In this document: one piece after another, positions 30,884 to 40,642 of the stretch
How positions within the stretch are numbered: the first letter of the stretch is position 1
Layout of the letters: each line of letters starts with the position of its first letter
From: an uncultured Sediminibacterium sp.
GTDB lineage: Bacteria > Bacteroidota > Bacteroidia > Chitinophagales > Chitinophagaceae
DNA: 64,000 bases
Assembly (NCBI GenBank): GCA_964392685.1
Contig: CAYMQQ010000003.1
Location: 9,150-73,149 of the forward strand
Reading direction: 5' to 3'
Notes under the pieces: generated by a model
Told to the model about the DNA's origin: nothing
The model's database searches: none
Seen by the model: only the letters and a program-made list of their open reading frames with translations
Made by a program: the position numbers and the translations under genes

Positions 30884-32299
30884 ATGTTTGTAAAACAATT
30901 ATATACCGGCTGTTTGAGTGAGGCAGCTTATTATATTGAGAGTGATGGTATTGCAGCGGTGATTGACCCTTTGAGGGATATCGATGAATACCTGAATCTG
31001 GCCAGAGAAAGAAAAAGTACCATTCGCTATATTTTTGAAACCCATTTTCATGCTGATTTTGTGAGCGGTCATCTTGATCTCGCTGCAGCAACAGGTGCGA
31101 CTATTGTATATGGTCCGGGTACTACCACCAACTTTCCTGTTCATGTAGCAAAAGATGGCGAAACTTTCTCTATTGGCGCACTGAGCATGGAAGTATTACA
31201 TACACCCGGACACACACTCGAAAGCAGTTGTTATTTGCTGAAAGATGCGAACGGAAAAGACCACGCTATTTTCACCGGTGATACTTTGTTTGTTGGAGAT
31301 GTGGGCAGACCCGATCTCGCACAAAAAGGAAAAGAAATTACGATGGAGGATCTTGCAGGAATGATGTATGAAAGCTTACAAGGCAAGATCATACCATTAG
31401 CTGATGATGTTATTGTTTATCCTGCTCACGGTGCAGGCAGCAGTTGCGGAAAAAATTTAGGCCCCGAAACCTTCAGTACCATCGGTGAGCAAAAAGCAAC
31501 GAATTATGCATTGCAACAACAAAGCAAGGAAGACTTTATCAAAGCTGTGACAGATGGACTCGCTGCTCCTCCACAATATTTTCCGATCAATGCCAAAATC
31601 AATAAGGAAGGTTATGAAAGTCTAGATGCTGTTTTGGAAAAAGGAATGCAGGCATTGGATATTCCTGCTTTCAAACTAAAGCTCAAAGACGACAATATTC
31701 TCTTATTGGATACCCGTAAAGCATCTGTTTTTACAGAAGGATTCATTCCGAGTTCGGTGTTTATCGGCCTCGAAGGTCGCTTCGCAGAATGGGCTGGTAG
31801 TTTGTTGTCATTTGATAAAGAAATTCTGTTGGTAACAGAACCCGGTAAAGAAAGAGAAAGTATTGTGCGTTTAGCTAGGGTTGGATTTGAAAAATTTGCC
31901 GGTCATCTGGCAGGCGGATTTGAGCAATGGAAAAACAATGGTGAGCCTACCGATATGATCATTGATGTAGAACCCGATGAACTGGCGATGGATATGCCTT
32001 TTGATCCACAACTCGTCATCGTAGATGTTCGAAAAGTTCCTGAATATGCTGACGGACATATCAAAGAAGCATTGAACATTCCTTTGGATGAACTTACAGA
32101 CCCGGGAAGTATGGCGCATCTGGAAGACAATCACAATATTTATGTGCATTGTGCAGGTGGTTACAGAAGTGTGATCGCAGCCTCACTCATGAAAAAACAA
32201 GGTATCCACAACCTCAGAAATGTGCTCGGTGGATGGGGGCAAATCAAAGAATTGAAAGACAAGTTCAGCATTGAGAAAACAACAGCAGTGTTGAATTAA
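30884..32299 (+). CDS. MBL-fold hydrolase/persulfide dioxygenase fused to two rhodanese domains
   Basis: ETHFHADFVSGH, HTPGHT, FTGD, HGAGSSCG and rhodanese HCAGGYRS motifs. Confidence 0.9.
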   Translation: MFVKQLYTGCLSEAAYYIESDGIAAVIDPLRDIDEYLNLARERKSTIRYIFETHFHADFVSGHLDLAAATGATIVYGPGTTTNFPVHVAKDGETFSIGALSMEVLHTPGHTLESSCYLLKDANGKDHAIFTGDTLFVGDVGRPDLAQKGKEITMEDLAGMMYESLQGKIIPLADDVIVYPAHGAGSSCGKNLGPETFSTIGEQKATNYALQQQSKEDFIKAVTDGLAAPPQYFPINAKINKEGYESLDAVLEKGMQALDIPAFKLKLKDDNILLLDTRKASVFTEGFIPSSVFIGLEGRFAEWAGSLLSFDKEILLVTEPGKERESIVRLARVGFEKFAGHLAGGFEQWKNNGEPTDMIIDVEPDELAMDMPFDPQLVIVDVRKVPEYADGHIKEALNIPLDELTDPGSMAHLEDNHNIYVHCAGGYRSVIAASLMKKQGIHNLRNVLGGWGQIKELKDKFSIEKTTAVLN

Positions 32300-32303
32300 T
32301 TTC

Positions 32304-32363
32304 TGATGTAGGATGTAGGATGTCTGATTTAAGAGATCATAACAAATCAGACATCCGACATCA
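32304..32363. repeat. Heptamer palindromic repeat (GATGTAG) / hairpin between convergent genes
   Basis: gatgtag-gatgtag-gatgtct..., with ggatgtctgattt (32318-32330) pairing with aaatcagacatcc (32344-32356). Confidence 0.8.
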
Positions 32364-33242
32364 AACCATCAAGTGCTTATACTTCTCCGCCTGATCACTA
32401 TATTTCCATCTTCTGTGGCTCCATAAATAGTTGTCGGGGATTTTACGGACAGAGTCTTCTACTTTTTTTACCAACAGCTTGGTTAGTTCGCCGTCTGCAA
32501 AATCATGTGGCTTTGTGGTGATCAATTCAAACTCCAGTCGATAATAACCACGTTTTACTTTATAAAAATGAGCGTAGACAATCGCTGTATTGTTCATCTT
32601 TGCTCCTTTCTCCGGTCCTCGAGCAAAAGGTGCCGGCTTAGAGAAAAAATTAGTCCAATAAGCTTTCGCCGGATTACCCGGATTTTGATCTGCCACCAAT
32701 GCTAATGCATATCGATTTCTGGCGTATTGATGAAAATTTTGCTTGAACTCACTTGCAGGAACCAGTAGTGTACCGAAACGGGTTCTGAATTTATAAATCA
32801 ATTGATCAAATACTTTATTGCTCAAAGGCATATACACTGCTACGAATGGAAACTTACTGTCCATAGCAACTCCCAAATTCGCATATTCCCAATTGAAATA
32901 ATGTCCGCTGACTATTTGTACATTCTGGTCACCTGCATACAAATCATTGAGCACTTCAATATTACAGGTAAATCGCTTCCTCAATTCCTTCTCTGAAACC
33001 GAAAATAGTTTGATGGTTTCAATAAATGTGTCAACAAAATTGTGATAAAATTTTTTTTCGATCTGTTTTCGTTCAGCTGCAGTTTTCTCAGGAAATGCAA
33101 TCAGCAAATTCGCCGCCACTACTTTCTTCCGATATCCGAACACATAGTATAGCAACACATAAATACCATCACCTATCAAATATAACAACCGCCAAGGCAG
33201 TCGAGAGAGTAAATGGAATAAACCTGATACAAGGGTGTACAT
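32361..33242 (-). CDS. Lipid A late acyltransferase (LpxL/HtrB family)
   Basis: HYFNWE, ADQNP and YLWSHRRWK motifs; true start at 33242. Confidence 0.9.
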   Translation of the reverse strand: MYTLVSGLFHLLSRLPWRLLYLIGDGIYVLLYYVFGYRKKVVAANLLIAFPEKTAAERKQIEKKFYHNFVDTFIETIKLFSVSEKELRKRFTCNIEVLNDLYAGDQNVQIVSGHYFNWEYANLGVAMDSKFPFVAVYMPLSNKVFDQLIYKFRTRFGTLLVPASEFKQNFHQYARNRYALALVADQNPGNPAKAYWTNFFSKPAPFARGPEKGAKMNNTAIVYAHFYKVKRGYYRLEFELITTKPHDFADGELTKLLVKKVEDSVRKIPDNYLWSHRRWKYSDQAEKYKHLMV

Positions 33243-33337
33243 GATCTTTGAATTCTTGATTTTTTGACTTTTGATTTTTGACTTTTGATTTTTGATTTTT
33301 AAATTCATCAAATCAAAGATCAAAAAATCACAGATCA
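33243..33337. repeat. Heptamer palindromic intergenic repeat, second copy
   Basis: About seven TTTGAyT-like units followed by an inverted ATCAAA arm; shares gatctttgaatt and a 22-bp block with 2005-2087. Confidence 0.85.
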
Positions 33338-34930
33338 AAGTATAATATTCTGCAACAATTCGCTCTTCGCCTGATGATCTGTATTATAGTGCAAACCTCG
33401 ACTTTCTTTTCTGAATTGTGCGCCTTTTACAATGAGATAGCCTACCGTGATTAGGTTTCTCAGTTCACAAAGCTGTGGTGATACTTTGGTAGAGCGATAC
33501 AACTCTTCGGTTTCCGCATACAACAGATCCAAACGTTTCATGGCACGTTCCAAACGAACATCGGTTCTCACAATACCCACATAATCGCTCATGATCTGCT
33601 GCAATTCTTTCAAACTTTGGGTAATGAGGATCATTTCACGAGGTTCAGTGGTTCCGGTGGTTTTCCAATCGGGAATACTGTGTTGAATATGGACATTTTG
33701 AATGGTTTCAATACTATCCAAATAACAACGATGCCCAAATACCATGGCTTCTAATAAACTATTACTCGCTAATCGATTAGCGCCGTGCAAACCTGTACTG
33801 GCACATTCTCCACAGGCATATAAATTACGAATAGAAGTTCTCCCATGCTCATCAGTTTTAATACCACCGCAACTGTAATGAGCTGCAGGAGCTACCGGTA
33901 TCATGTGTTGAAGTACATCAATACCCATACTCATACATTTCTCATAGATGTTGGGAAAATGATGAATGAATTTCTCCCGATCCATATGTCTGCAATCCAA
34001 ATACACATATTCCGTACCGGTACGTTTCATTTCATTATCGATGGCTCTAGCTACAATATCACGAGGTGCGAGGTCTTTGCGGACATCATACCGCTCCATA
34101 AAAGCTTCCCCATATTTGTTGCGTAAAATACCACCATCACCGCGTACTGCTTCTGTAATTAAAAAAGAAGGTGAAGTACCGGGTTCATACAAAGCAGTGG
34201 GATGAAACTGGATAAACTCCATATTCTCAATTCTTCCTTTGGCCCTATACACCATAGCAATACCATCACCTGTAGCAATCTTGGGGTTGGTAGTGGTTCT
34301 GTATGCTTGTCCGCAACCACCTGTTGCCAGTAAAGTAATTTTGGAAAGAATTTTCTCTATTTTATTGGTGTGCAGGTTGAGTACATACACCCCATAACAA
34401 GTAATATCGGCAGTAGATTTTGTTACCAGAAAACCCAAATGGTGTTGTGTCAGAATATCCACCACAAAACAATGATTGATCAATTCAATATTCGACACTT
34501 GTGCCATTTCATCCAATAAAGCACGTTCCATTTCTTGTCCGGTCACATCTTTATGATGTAAAATTCTGTTTTCGCTATGTCCACCTTCCTTACCTAAACT
34601 GTATTCGCCTTTTTCATTTTTATCAAACTCAGCACCATAAGAAATGATCTCCCGAATTCTTTCCGGGCCTTCTTTCACCACAATCTCTACAATAGACTCA
34701 TTACATAAGCCATCACCGGCTATGAGTGTGTCTTCAATATGTTTTTCGTAACTGTCTCTATTCTCATCCCATACACCTGCAATACCTCCTTGTGCATATT
34801 TGGTATTGGTTTCATCGGCTTGTGTCTTGGTGATGACCGTTATTTTCTTATCCGGAAAATGACGTGCTGTTTTCAGCGCATACGTAAGCCCTGCAATACC
34901 TGAACCTATAACGAGAAAGTCTGTTTGCAT
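33335..34930 (-). CDS. nadB: L-aspartate oxidase
   Basis: GSGIAG, AQGGIA, EGGHS..RILH, QFHPT and GLHGANRLASNSLLE motifs. Confidence 0.96.
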   Translation of the reverse strand: MQTDFLVIGSGIAGLTYALKTARHFPDKKITVITKTQADETNTKYAQGGIAGVWDENRDSYEKHIEDTLIAGDGLCNESIVEIVVKEGPERIREIISYGAEFDKNEKGEYSLGKEGGHSENRILHHKDVTGQEMERALLDEMAQVSNIELINHCFVVDILTQHHLGFLVTKSTADITCYGVYVLNLHTNKIEKILSKITLLATGGCGQAYRTTTNPKIATGDGIAMVYRAKGRIENMEFIQFHPTALYEPGTSPSFLITEAVRGDGGILRNKYGEAFMERYDVRKDLAPRDIVARAIDNEMKRTGTEYVYLDCRHMDREKFIHHFPNIYEKCMSMGIDVLQHMIPVAPAAHYSCGGIKTDEHGRTSIRNLYACGECASTGLHGANRLASNSLLEAMVFGHRCYLDSIETIQNVHIQHSIPDWKTTGTTEPREMILITQSLKELQQIMSDYVGIVRTDVRLERAMKRLDLLYAETEELYRSTKVSPQLCELRNLITVGYLIVKGAQFRKESRGLHYNTDHQAKSELLQNIIL

Positions 34931-34945
34931 AAAATATCTCTTTCT

Positions 34946-34995
34946 ATAAATTTTATATAGCTACGGGCTTAAGCCCATAGCTATATAAAATTTAT
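34946..34995. repeat. 50-bp near-perfect palindrome between ispG and nadB
   Basis: ataaattttatatagctacgggctt|aagcccatagctatataaaatttat; 24 of 25 positions complementary. Confidence 0.85.
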
Positions 34996-37004
34996 GATGC
35001 CGGTTCTACCCAGGCTTCATTTTCTTTTAATAAATTGATCAGCTCATCTACTGCTACTTCACTATCTACATTTCGCTTTACCACTTCTTTTCCTTTGTAG
35101 AGTGTGATCTTCCCTACACCACTTCCCACATAACCAAAATCTGCATCTGCCATTTCACCCGGACCATTTACAATACAACCCATGATGGCGATCTTTACAC
35201 CTTTCAGGTGGTTAGTAACGGCACGTATCTTAGCAGTGGTCTCTTGTAAATCAAACAAAGTTCTTCCGCAACTTGGACAAGAAATATATTCTGTTTTGGA
35301 AATGCGTGTTCGTGTTGCCTGCAGAATACTGAAAGCCGTACTATTGATGAATTGTTCTACAGAAGTATTAGTCACATAATTTCTGCCACTAGTGTCTGCA
35401 TGACCCTTTTCTGATTGTTGCAAGTAACTGTTGACAGTCATCCCAAAACAAACTCCGTCACCAAAACCATCGAGCAATAATGCACCTGCCTCGGTTGCAT
35501 AATGAATGAGGTGTTCATCTGCAGTTTGCCAGTTACTGTCAACAATCAGTACGACCGGATTATTCACTTGCTGTTGCCCCAACTCTACAAATGCCCTGCG
35601 TACAGAAGGCATAGCGTGATCATTGGTACTACTCAAACAAATTACCACAGTTTTATCGGCAGCCAATTGTTCTAATTCAGCAGGAGTAGCAATTGTGCCA
35701 TCATTGTAACAGTCTACCATTACAAAATTCAACTGCTGGCTTTTGGCAGAACCCTTGAGATAATTTTTTACATCATCAATGGGAAAATACTTGTCATGAT
35801 CCGTTACTTTTTTCCAGGTACTTGAATCAACAATCACTTTTAAAGTTCCCGGCAAAGCGAAATCAGGCATTTGTTCTCCGGTGAAAATATAATCTGCTGC
35901 CATATCACTGATATTCCATTTATCGGTAGCGGCATCATAAGTATACCCAACAGCACTGAGTTTTTCAGGAGTCAGTGTGTCCAACTTACTGAGATCGGCA
36001 ATGACAACCGGCACTTGTTTTCCGCCGATATTACTCACTTCAAAACTTTCTCTTCTTTGATAATTAAACGGATCATAGGTGAGCTTTTCAATAACTGGAA
36101 TATGTTGTGTTTGTCTGGTTGAACTTGTATAACGTTTCACAAGATCACGACAAACGGGGATTTCAAACTCCGGATCTTCTGTTAAACTTACACGAACAGT
36201 ATCGCCAATTCCATCTTCCAATAAAGTACCAATACCTGCAGCACTTTTCACGCGACCATCTTCACCGTCACCGGCTTCTGTTACACCTAAATGCAAAGGA
36301 TAACATTCACCAAATTCAGCATCCATTTGTTGAATCAACAAACGATAAGCCTGCACCATTACCTGAGGATTGCTGGCTTTCATACTCAATATGATGTTAT
36401 GAAAACTTTCATAACGGGCAATACGTAAAAACTCCATCGCACTTTCTACCATGCCCATAGGTGTATCACCATAACGACTCATGATGCGATCGCTCAGAGA
36501 ACCATGATTGGTTCCAATGCGCATGGCTGTTCCATATTCTTTGCAAATACGAACCAGTGGGGTGAATTTTTCCTGGATGCGTTCGATTTCTTCTGCATAA
36601 TCAGCATCCGTATACTCAATCAGTTCAAATTTCTTTTTATCGACATAGTTACCCGGATTCACACGCACTTTCTCTACAATTCTGGCAGCGATCTCAGCGG
36701 CATTGGGTGTAAAATGGATATCGGCCACCAAGGGAGTATGATATCCTCTTTTACGAAGTTCATTTTTAATGTTGAGCAAGTTTTCTGCTTCTTTCTTACT
36801 GGGAGCTGTAATACGCACCAGTTCAGCCCCCGCTTCAATACAACGAATACTTTGTTCTACCGTAGCCAGCGTATCCATGGTATCGGTAGTGGTCATGGTT
36901 TGTAAACGGATGGGATGGAAATTACCCAGCAAAAGATCACCAATACGCACTTCTTTGGTCTTCAATCGGTTGTACTGTGTGAGGGAATGACAGTATGCTT
37001 GCAT
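34992..37004 (-). CDS. ispG: HMBPP synthase (long, three-domain form)
   Basis: QTMTTTDT, PLVADIHF, RVNPGN, HLGVTEAG, CPSCGRT and MGCIVNGPGE motifs. Confidence 0.96.
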   Translation of the reverse strand: MQAYCHSLTQYNRLKTKEVRIGDLLLGNFHPIRLQTMTTTDTMDTLATVEQSIRCIEAGAELVRITAPSKKEAENLLNIKNELRKRGYHTPLVADIHFTPNAAEIAARIVEKVRVNPGNYVDKKKFELIEYTDADYAEEIERIQEKFTPLVRICKEYGTAMRIGTNHGSLSDRIMSRYGDTPMGMVESAMEFLRIARYESFHNIILSMKASNPQVMVQAYRLLIQQMDAEFGECYPLHLGVTEAGDGEDGRVKSAAGIGTLLEDGIGDTVRVSLTEDPEFEIPVCRDLVKRYTSSTRQTQHIPVIEKLTYDPFNYQRRESFEVSNIGGKQVPVVIADLSKLDTLTPEKLSAVGYTYDAATDKWNISDMAADYIFTGEQMPDFALPGTLKVIVDSSTWKKVTDHDKYFPIDDVKNYLKGSAKSQQLNFVMVDCYNDGTIATPAELEQLAADKTVVICLSSTNDHAMPSVRRAFVELGQQQVNNPVVLIVDSNWQTADEHLIHYATEAGALLLDGFGDGVCFGMTVNSYLQQSEKGHADTSGRNYVTNTSVEQFINSTAFSILQATRTRISKTEYISCPSCGRTLFDLQETTAKIRAVTNHLKGVKIAIMGCIVNGPGEMADADFGYVGSGVGKITLYKGKEVVKRNVDSEVAVDELINLLKENEAWVEPAS

Positions 37005-37162
37005 AAATGAGATATGAGGTACAAATTTAGCGTGAAATCGCCTGATTTGATGTTAAACGCATAGTCTTTGGCACTTGTTCGTCAAATACCCGATTTTACA
37101 AGCTTTAATCTGCTCTTTTTCTGTTCTGAACCATTTATAGCAAGTACTGGGAAAGATTGGCT

Positions 37163-37232
37163 GCAGATTATTATGATTGTTTATGATAATGGCACACTAT
37201 CTGCGTCTATCATGACAATCATGAAGATCTGC
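37163..37232. repeat. REP-like palindromic element (GCAGAT...ATCTGC with ATGATTGT/ACAATCAT units), left copy
   Basis: Imperfect hairpin; 37199-37223 is the reverse complement of 37975-37999 at 22 of 25 positions. Confidence 0.75.
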
Positions 37233-37275
37233 GGACCATAAAATTCATTGGTTAAGTGCTTTGATCATTATAATC

Positions 37276-37890
37276 TTAATCTGGGACATCCAGTTTTTCA
37301 TGCTCCACCTTTGATCGCTCTTTCTTAATGAGTCGGATGCGATTTTGATCTACTTGAAAATAATTTGTCTCTGTCCAACTCCAACTGTCCATCTCTCTCA
37401 AATTAACACCACTGGCTTTAAAGGATATAATGATCTCGTTCCCTTTGGCGATCAAATTGATCTCATCAAAAGTATCTTGAATAGTAGATGTATTGGGTGT
37501 TGTTGGACAATTTTCCAATTGTTTCATTACTACGGAATCTTGATTAAACCATTGTCTTAAAAATCCCAAATGCTGATCTGAACATTGATAACCCAAATTC
37601 AAGGCAGATAAAATTTCGCATTTGAGATTGTTTCTTTTATCGGAAGGATCTCCATCCCACCAACATTCATTTCCAATAAATGTGGCAACATAGCCCAAAG
37701 CTGCTTTTTCAGGATTGGTGATGGTTTTGCAGAAATCCTGATTAATAACAATGGTAGCGCTATCTCTCCAAAGAAATTTTACTGTGAGAGAAGCTGATGT
37801 TGTATCTGTACTTTCTTTTAAATCATTGTTGGTGCTTGTTTGCCCGCAGGATAGAAGGAAAATGAATAGAATGATGTATAAGATTTGCAT
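37276..37890 (-). CDS. Hypothetical lipoprotein
   Basis: MQILYIILFIFLLSC lipobox; Cys-containing soluble domain. Confidence 0.75.
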   Translation of the reverse strand: MQILYIILFIFLLSCGQTSTNNDLKESTDTTSASLTVKFLWRDSATIVINQDFCKTITNPEKAALGYVATFIGNECWWDGDPSDKRNNLKCEILSALNLGYQCSDQHLGFLRQWFNQDSVVMKQLENCPTTPNTSTIQDTFDEINLIAKGNEIIISFKASGVNLREMDSWSWTETNYFQVDQNRIRLIKKERSKVEHEKLDVPD

Positions 37891-37944
37891 TTGTAAATAA
37901 TCTATTTTATGCTGTAATATTAATAAGAAAATGTATTTATGAAA

Positions 37945-38037
37945 CGCAGATTTTCTCCACCGGAGTCCTTTGGACATGATTGTCATGATATGCGCTGATT
38001 GAGTACTATAATCATAACTTATCATAAAAAATCTGCG
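37945..38037. repeat. REP-like palindromic element, right (inverted) copy
   Basis: cgcagatttt...catgattgtcatgata...atcataaaaaatctgcg, with an extra ctccaccggagtcctttgga segment. Confidence 0.75.
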
Positions 38038-38105
38038 CCCCATCAATCTCGATGCAAAAAACGTAGCGTATGAAAATATATTGATGATTGACTTTTTACA
38101 CCCCT

Positions 38106-38768
38106 TTAAGCTTCTATCATGGGTAGTAAACTCAAATAATCTTTAGTATACGTAATGATATTAGTATACTTTTCGAATTCCTCTTTTTCATGCATCGTCG
38201 TTAGCACTACACATTTCATTCCGGCATTCAAAGCCGCTTCCACACCTTTTGGTGCATCTTCAAAAACAATACAGTCAGCTGGATTTACACCCAGCTCTTC
38301 TGCACCCTTTAAAAAAGGTTCAGGATCGGGTTTACTATGTTTTACATGTTCAGCGCCAATCACAGAATCAAAATAGTGTCTGATATTGAGACCATCAATT
38401 GCAAAATCAATATTGAACAAGATAGCGGCTGAACCGATTCCCATTTTTATTCCTTTTTGCTTGGCGGTTGCAAGAAATGTTTCTAGTCCGGGTAAGGCTT
38501 TCATTTCAGGTCGGTAAAGCGCCTGGTATTTTTTCTCTTTTTCTACTGATATATGATCCATTTCTTCTGCAGTAAAACGATCCGGACCAAAGACGCGGAT
38601 CAACAATTCCCTATTCGTTCCATACATCTGATGAGCTACTTCCTCCCACGTTAAATTTGCACCCAGTTCTTTGGTCAGCACATCGAACCATACTTGTTTA
38701 TGATAGTGCATATCATCGATCATGGTTCCATTCAAGTCAAAAAGAAATGCTTTGGCACTGTGTAACAT
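38106..38768 (-). CDS. HAD family phosphatase (beta-PGM/CbbY-like)
   Basis: FDLNGTMID, KPDPEPF and VFEDAPKG motifs. Confidence 0.9.
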   Translation of the reverse strand: MLHSAKAFLFDLNGTMIDDMHYHKQVWFDVLTKELGANLTWEEVAHQMYGTNRELLIRVFGPDRFTAEEMDHISVEKEKKYQALYRPEMKALPGLETFLATAKQKGIKMGIGSAAILFNIDFAIDGLNIRHYFDSVIGAEHVKHSKPDPEPFLKGAEELGVNPADCIVFEDAPKGVEAALNAGMKCVVLTTMHEKEEFEKYTNIITYTKDYLSLLPMIEA

Positions 38769-38848
38769 TCAATAAATTTTGATACACAAATTAATGCATG
38801 ATAGCACAACAAATGATTAATTTATTGTTCTACACTTACCGATGGCTA

Positions 38849-39904
38849 TTATTGAGATATTTTTTTAACCAATGCTGTATTGGCTTTTAACATGGCAAGT
38901 CCTTCCGCTCTTGTCATATAAGGAACTCCTTTTGCGTGATTAATCATACTGATCTTACACATCAGATACCAGTGTCGTGAAATTTCACGCCATGCAAAAA
39001 AAATCGAATGCCTCGGATCATACATATGCGTAGGTTCACTTCCTGAACCATTGAGTTCAACGATCATAAAGTTTTTACCTTCTCTGAGCAATTCAATCGA
39101 TTCATAACGAATATCCATTCTGCCATAATAAAATCCTTCGATCTTCTTGGCCAGTTGATCAATCATATGATTTATTGATTCATCTGCTAAATAGCTGAGA
39201 TCAATGAACTTAGCACCACGAGCATGGTTACCATAGGGTACTAGTATCTTTTGCTCCCCTTTTTGTAGAACGACAGTTAGCTCTTCAGCCATGGTGCGAC
39301 GCAGTACCGACAATTGCAGAATATATCTAGGATCCAACTGTAATAACTGATCAACCGTTGATACCCCATCGCCGGTTACTGTTAAAAATTCTTTTCCAAC
39401 GATACCTGTAATTTTCCCTTTTCCCTCACCCGGTATACGATAATAAAATATACCTACTTCTTCTTCAAAAGGTATGTAGGCTTGTATGAGAAAATCAAAA
39501 TCTGCTTGCGCAACATAGTTTTTTACTTCCAGCTCGCTTTCTAGTTTTTGAACACTCATTCCCCGCATACCAATATCAGGTTTCCCAATCAGAGGAAAGT
39601 CCAAACGCTGATTCGTAATCGTTTCTACCACTGTTTCAGCATTGGTTCCTGCCGGGAAAAAAAGGGTAGTTGGATAAGTGCCTTCCGGGAGGATATCATA
39701 AATCTCTTTTTTACTCTCCATCAAGAATCCACCATTACGTATGCCGGGGTTGGCAGCATTAATATAAAAAAAAGCCCTGGCTTTAAGACATAGCCAAAAC
39801 CAATAAGGATATAAGGGCGCATAGAGCACGTTAAAGGACCAATACTCCCAGTTGAAAAGTTTGATAAAAAAAGGATGAAACTTGAGTTTCCTGATCAAAG
39901 CCAT
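38849..39904 (-). CDS. ATP-grasp ligase-like protein
   Basis: FPLIGKPDIGMRG, LIQAYI, VTGDGVST, GRMDIR and VELNG motifs; N-terminal WEYW and AANPGI. Confidence 0.8.
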   Translation of the reverse strand: MALIRKLKFHPFFIKLFNWEYWSFNVLYAPLYPYWFWLCLKARAFFYINAANPGIRNGGFLMESKKEIYDILPEGTYPTTLFFPAGTNAETVVETITNQRLDFPLIGKPDIGMRGMSVQKLESELEVKNYVAQADFDFLIQAYIPFEEEVGIFYYRIPGEGKGKITGIVGKEFLTVTGDGVSTVDQLLQLDPRYILQLSVLRRTMAEELTVVLQKGEQKILVPYGNHARGAKFIDLSYLADESINHMIDQLAKKIEGFYYGRMDIRYESIELLREGKNFMIVELNGSGSEPTHMYDPRHSIFFAWREISRHWYLMCKISMINHAKGVPYMTRAEGLAMLKANTALVKKISQ

Positions 39905-39913
39905 GCCTGAAAG

Positions 39914-40642
39914 TTAAGAAACCGACTGTTGCTGTACAAATGAAAGCGATAACTGGTGTTGTTCCTGATGAATAATATCGTTATACAACATGGTAGCAGA
40001 CCGGTCATCGCAAATAATATTGGTAACACTTACCGTTAGCATTTCATTATTACGATTCATGCGTATGTCATTTTCAGCATCACCATTACCGCCAAACAGA
40101 TGAAAAGATAGAATATCTGCAGAATTTGGATCTGGATGCTGTTGCAACCATTCAGCAAACCACTGCTCTCTTTTTTGAATAATATCTTGTGTATACAATG
40201 TAACAGAAGACCATATATGCGGCTGTGTTGAATCTACTTCACGAATGTATTTTTCCTCTCCGCTCCATCTACATTCATATAAACAACCCTCTTCCCAAAT
40301 GATCAGGGTAAAGGGTTCTATTCCTAGCAAATTGATTTTCCGAAAAGCAGATAACACTTGTTGCTGAGAAAGAATATCCAAAAAAATAAGTCCTCGGCTT
40401 TTCCGATAAGTGGCGGCAGGTTCATGTTTGATAAAACCACCATTCAATAAAACCATCGTGGTACCAATCTCAGAAGTTCCAATCCAGGTACCACCGACTT
40501 GTGTGTCTTGGGGGAATAATACTTTGTATTGACCGATCGTATGAACAACAGGTGCTGCTGCTTTCTTTCGAACTCCTTTTTCATCTCTGTTAGAAGTAAG
40601 CAATACTTTACCCTTTAAGGGTATAAAAGTTACTGTGCACAT
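39914..40642 (-). CDS. NRDE/TANGO2 family protein
   Basis: MCTV (N-terminal Cys), SNRDE, GGTWIG and SRG motifs. Confidence 0.92.
   Translation of the reverse strand: MCTVTFIPLKGKVLLTSNRDEKGVRKKAAAPVVHTIGQYKVLFPQDTQVGGTWIGTSEIGTTMVLLNGGFIKHEPAATYRKSRGLIFLDILSQQQVLSAFRKINLLGIEPFTLIIWEEGCLYECRWSGEEKYIREVDSTQPHIWSSVTLYTQDIIQKREQWFAEWLQQHPDPNSADILSFHLFGGNGDAENDIRMNRNNEMLTVSVTNIICDDRSATMLYNDIIHQEQHQLSLSFVQQQSVS

Noticed and set aside
33243..33338. N-terminal extension MICDFLIFDLMNLKIKNQKSKIKSQK of the acyltransferase ORF
   Set aside because: It is a translation of the heptamer repeat; the family-like sequence starts at MYTLV (33242).
2005..38037. Intergenic repeats as a possible CRISPR array or IS ends
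   Set aside because: There is no repeat-spacer periodicity, no cas or transposase gene, and no clear target-site duplication.
37891..38046. 52-aa N-terminal extension of the 37276 ORF
   Set aside because: It runs through the REP-like element; the lipoprotein signal starts at 37890.
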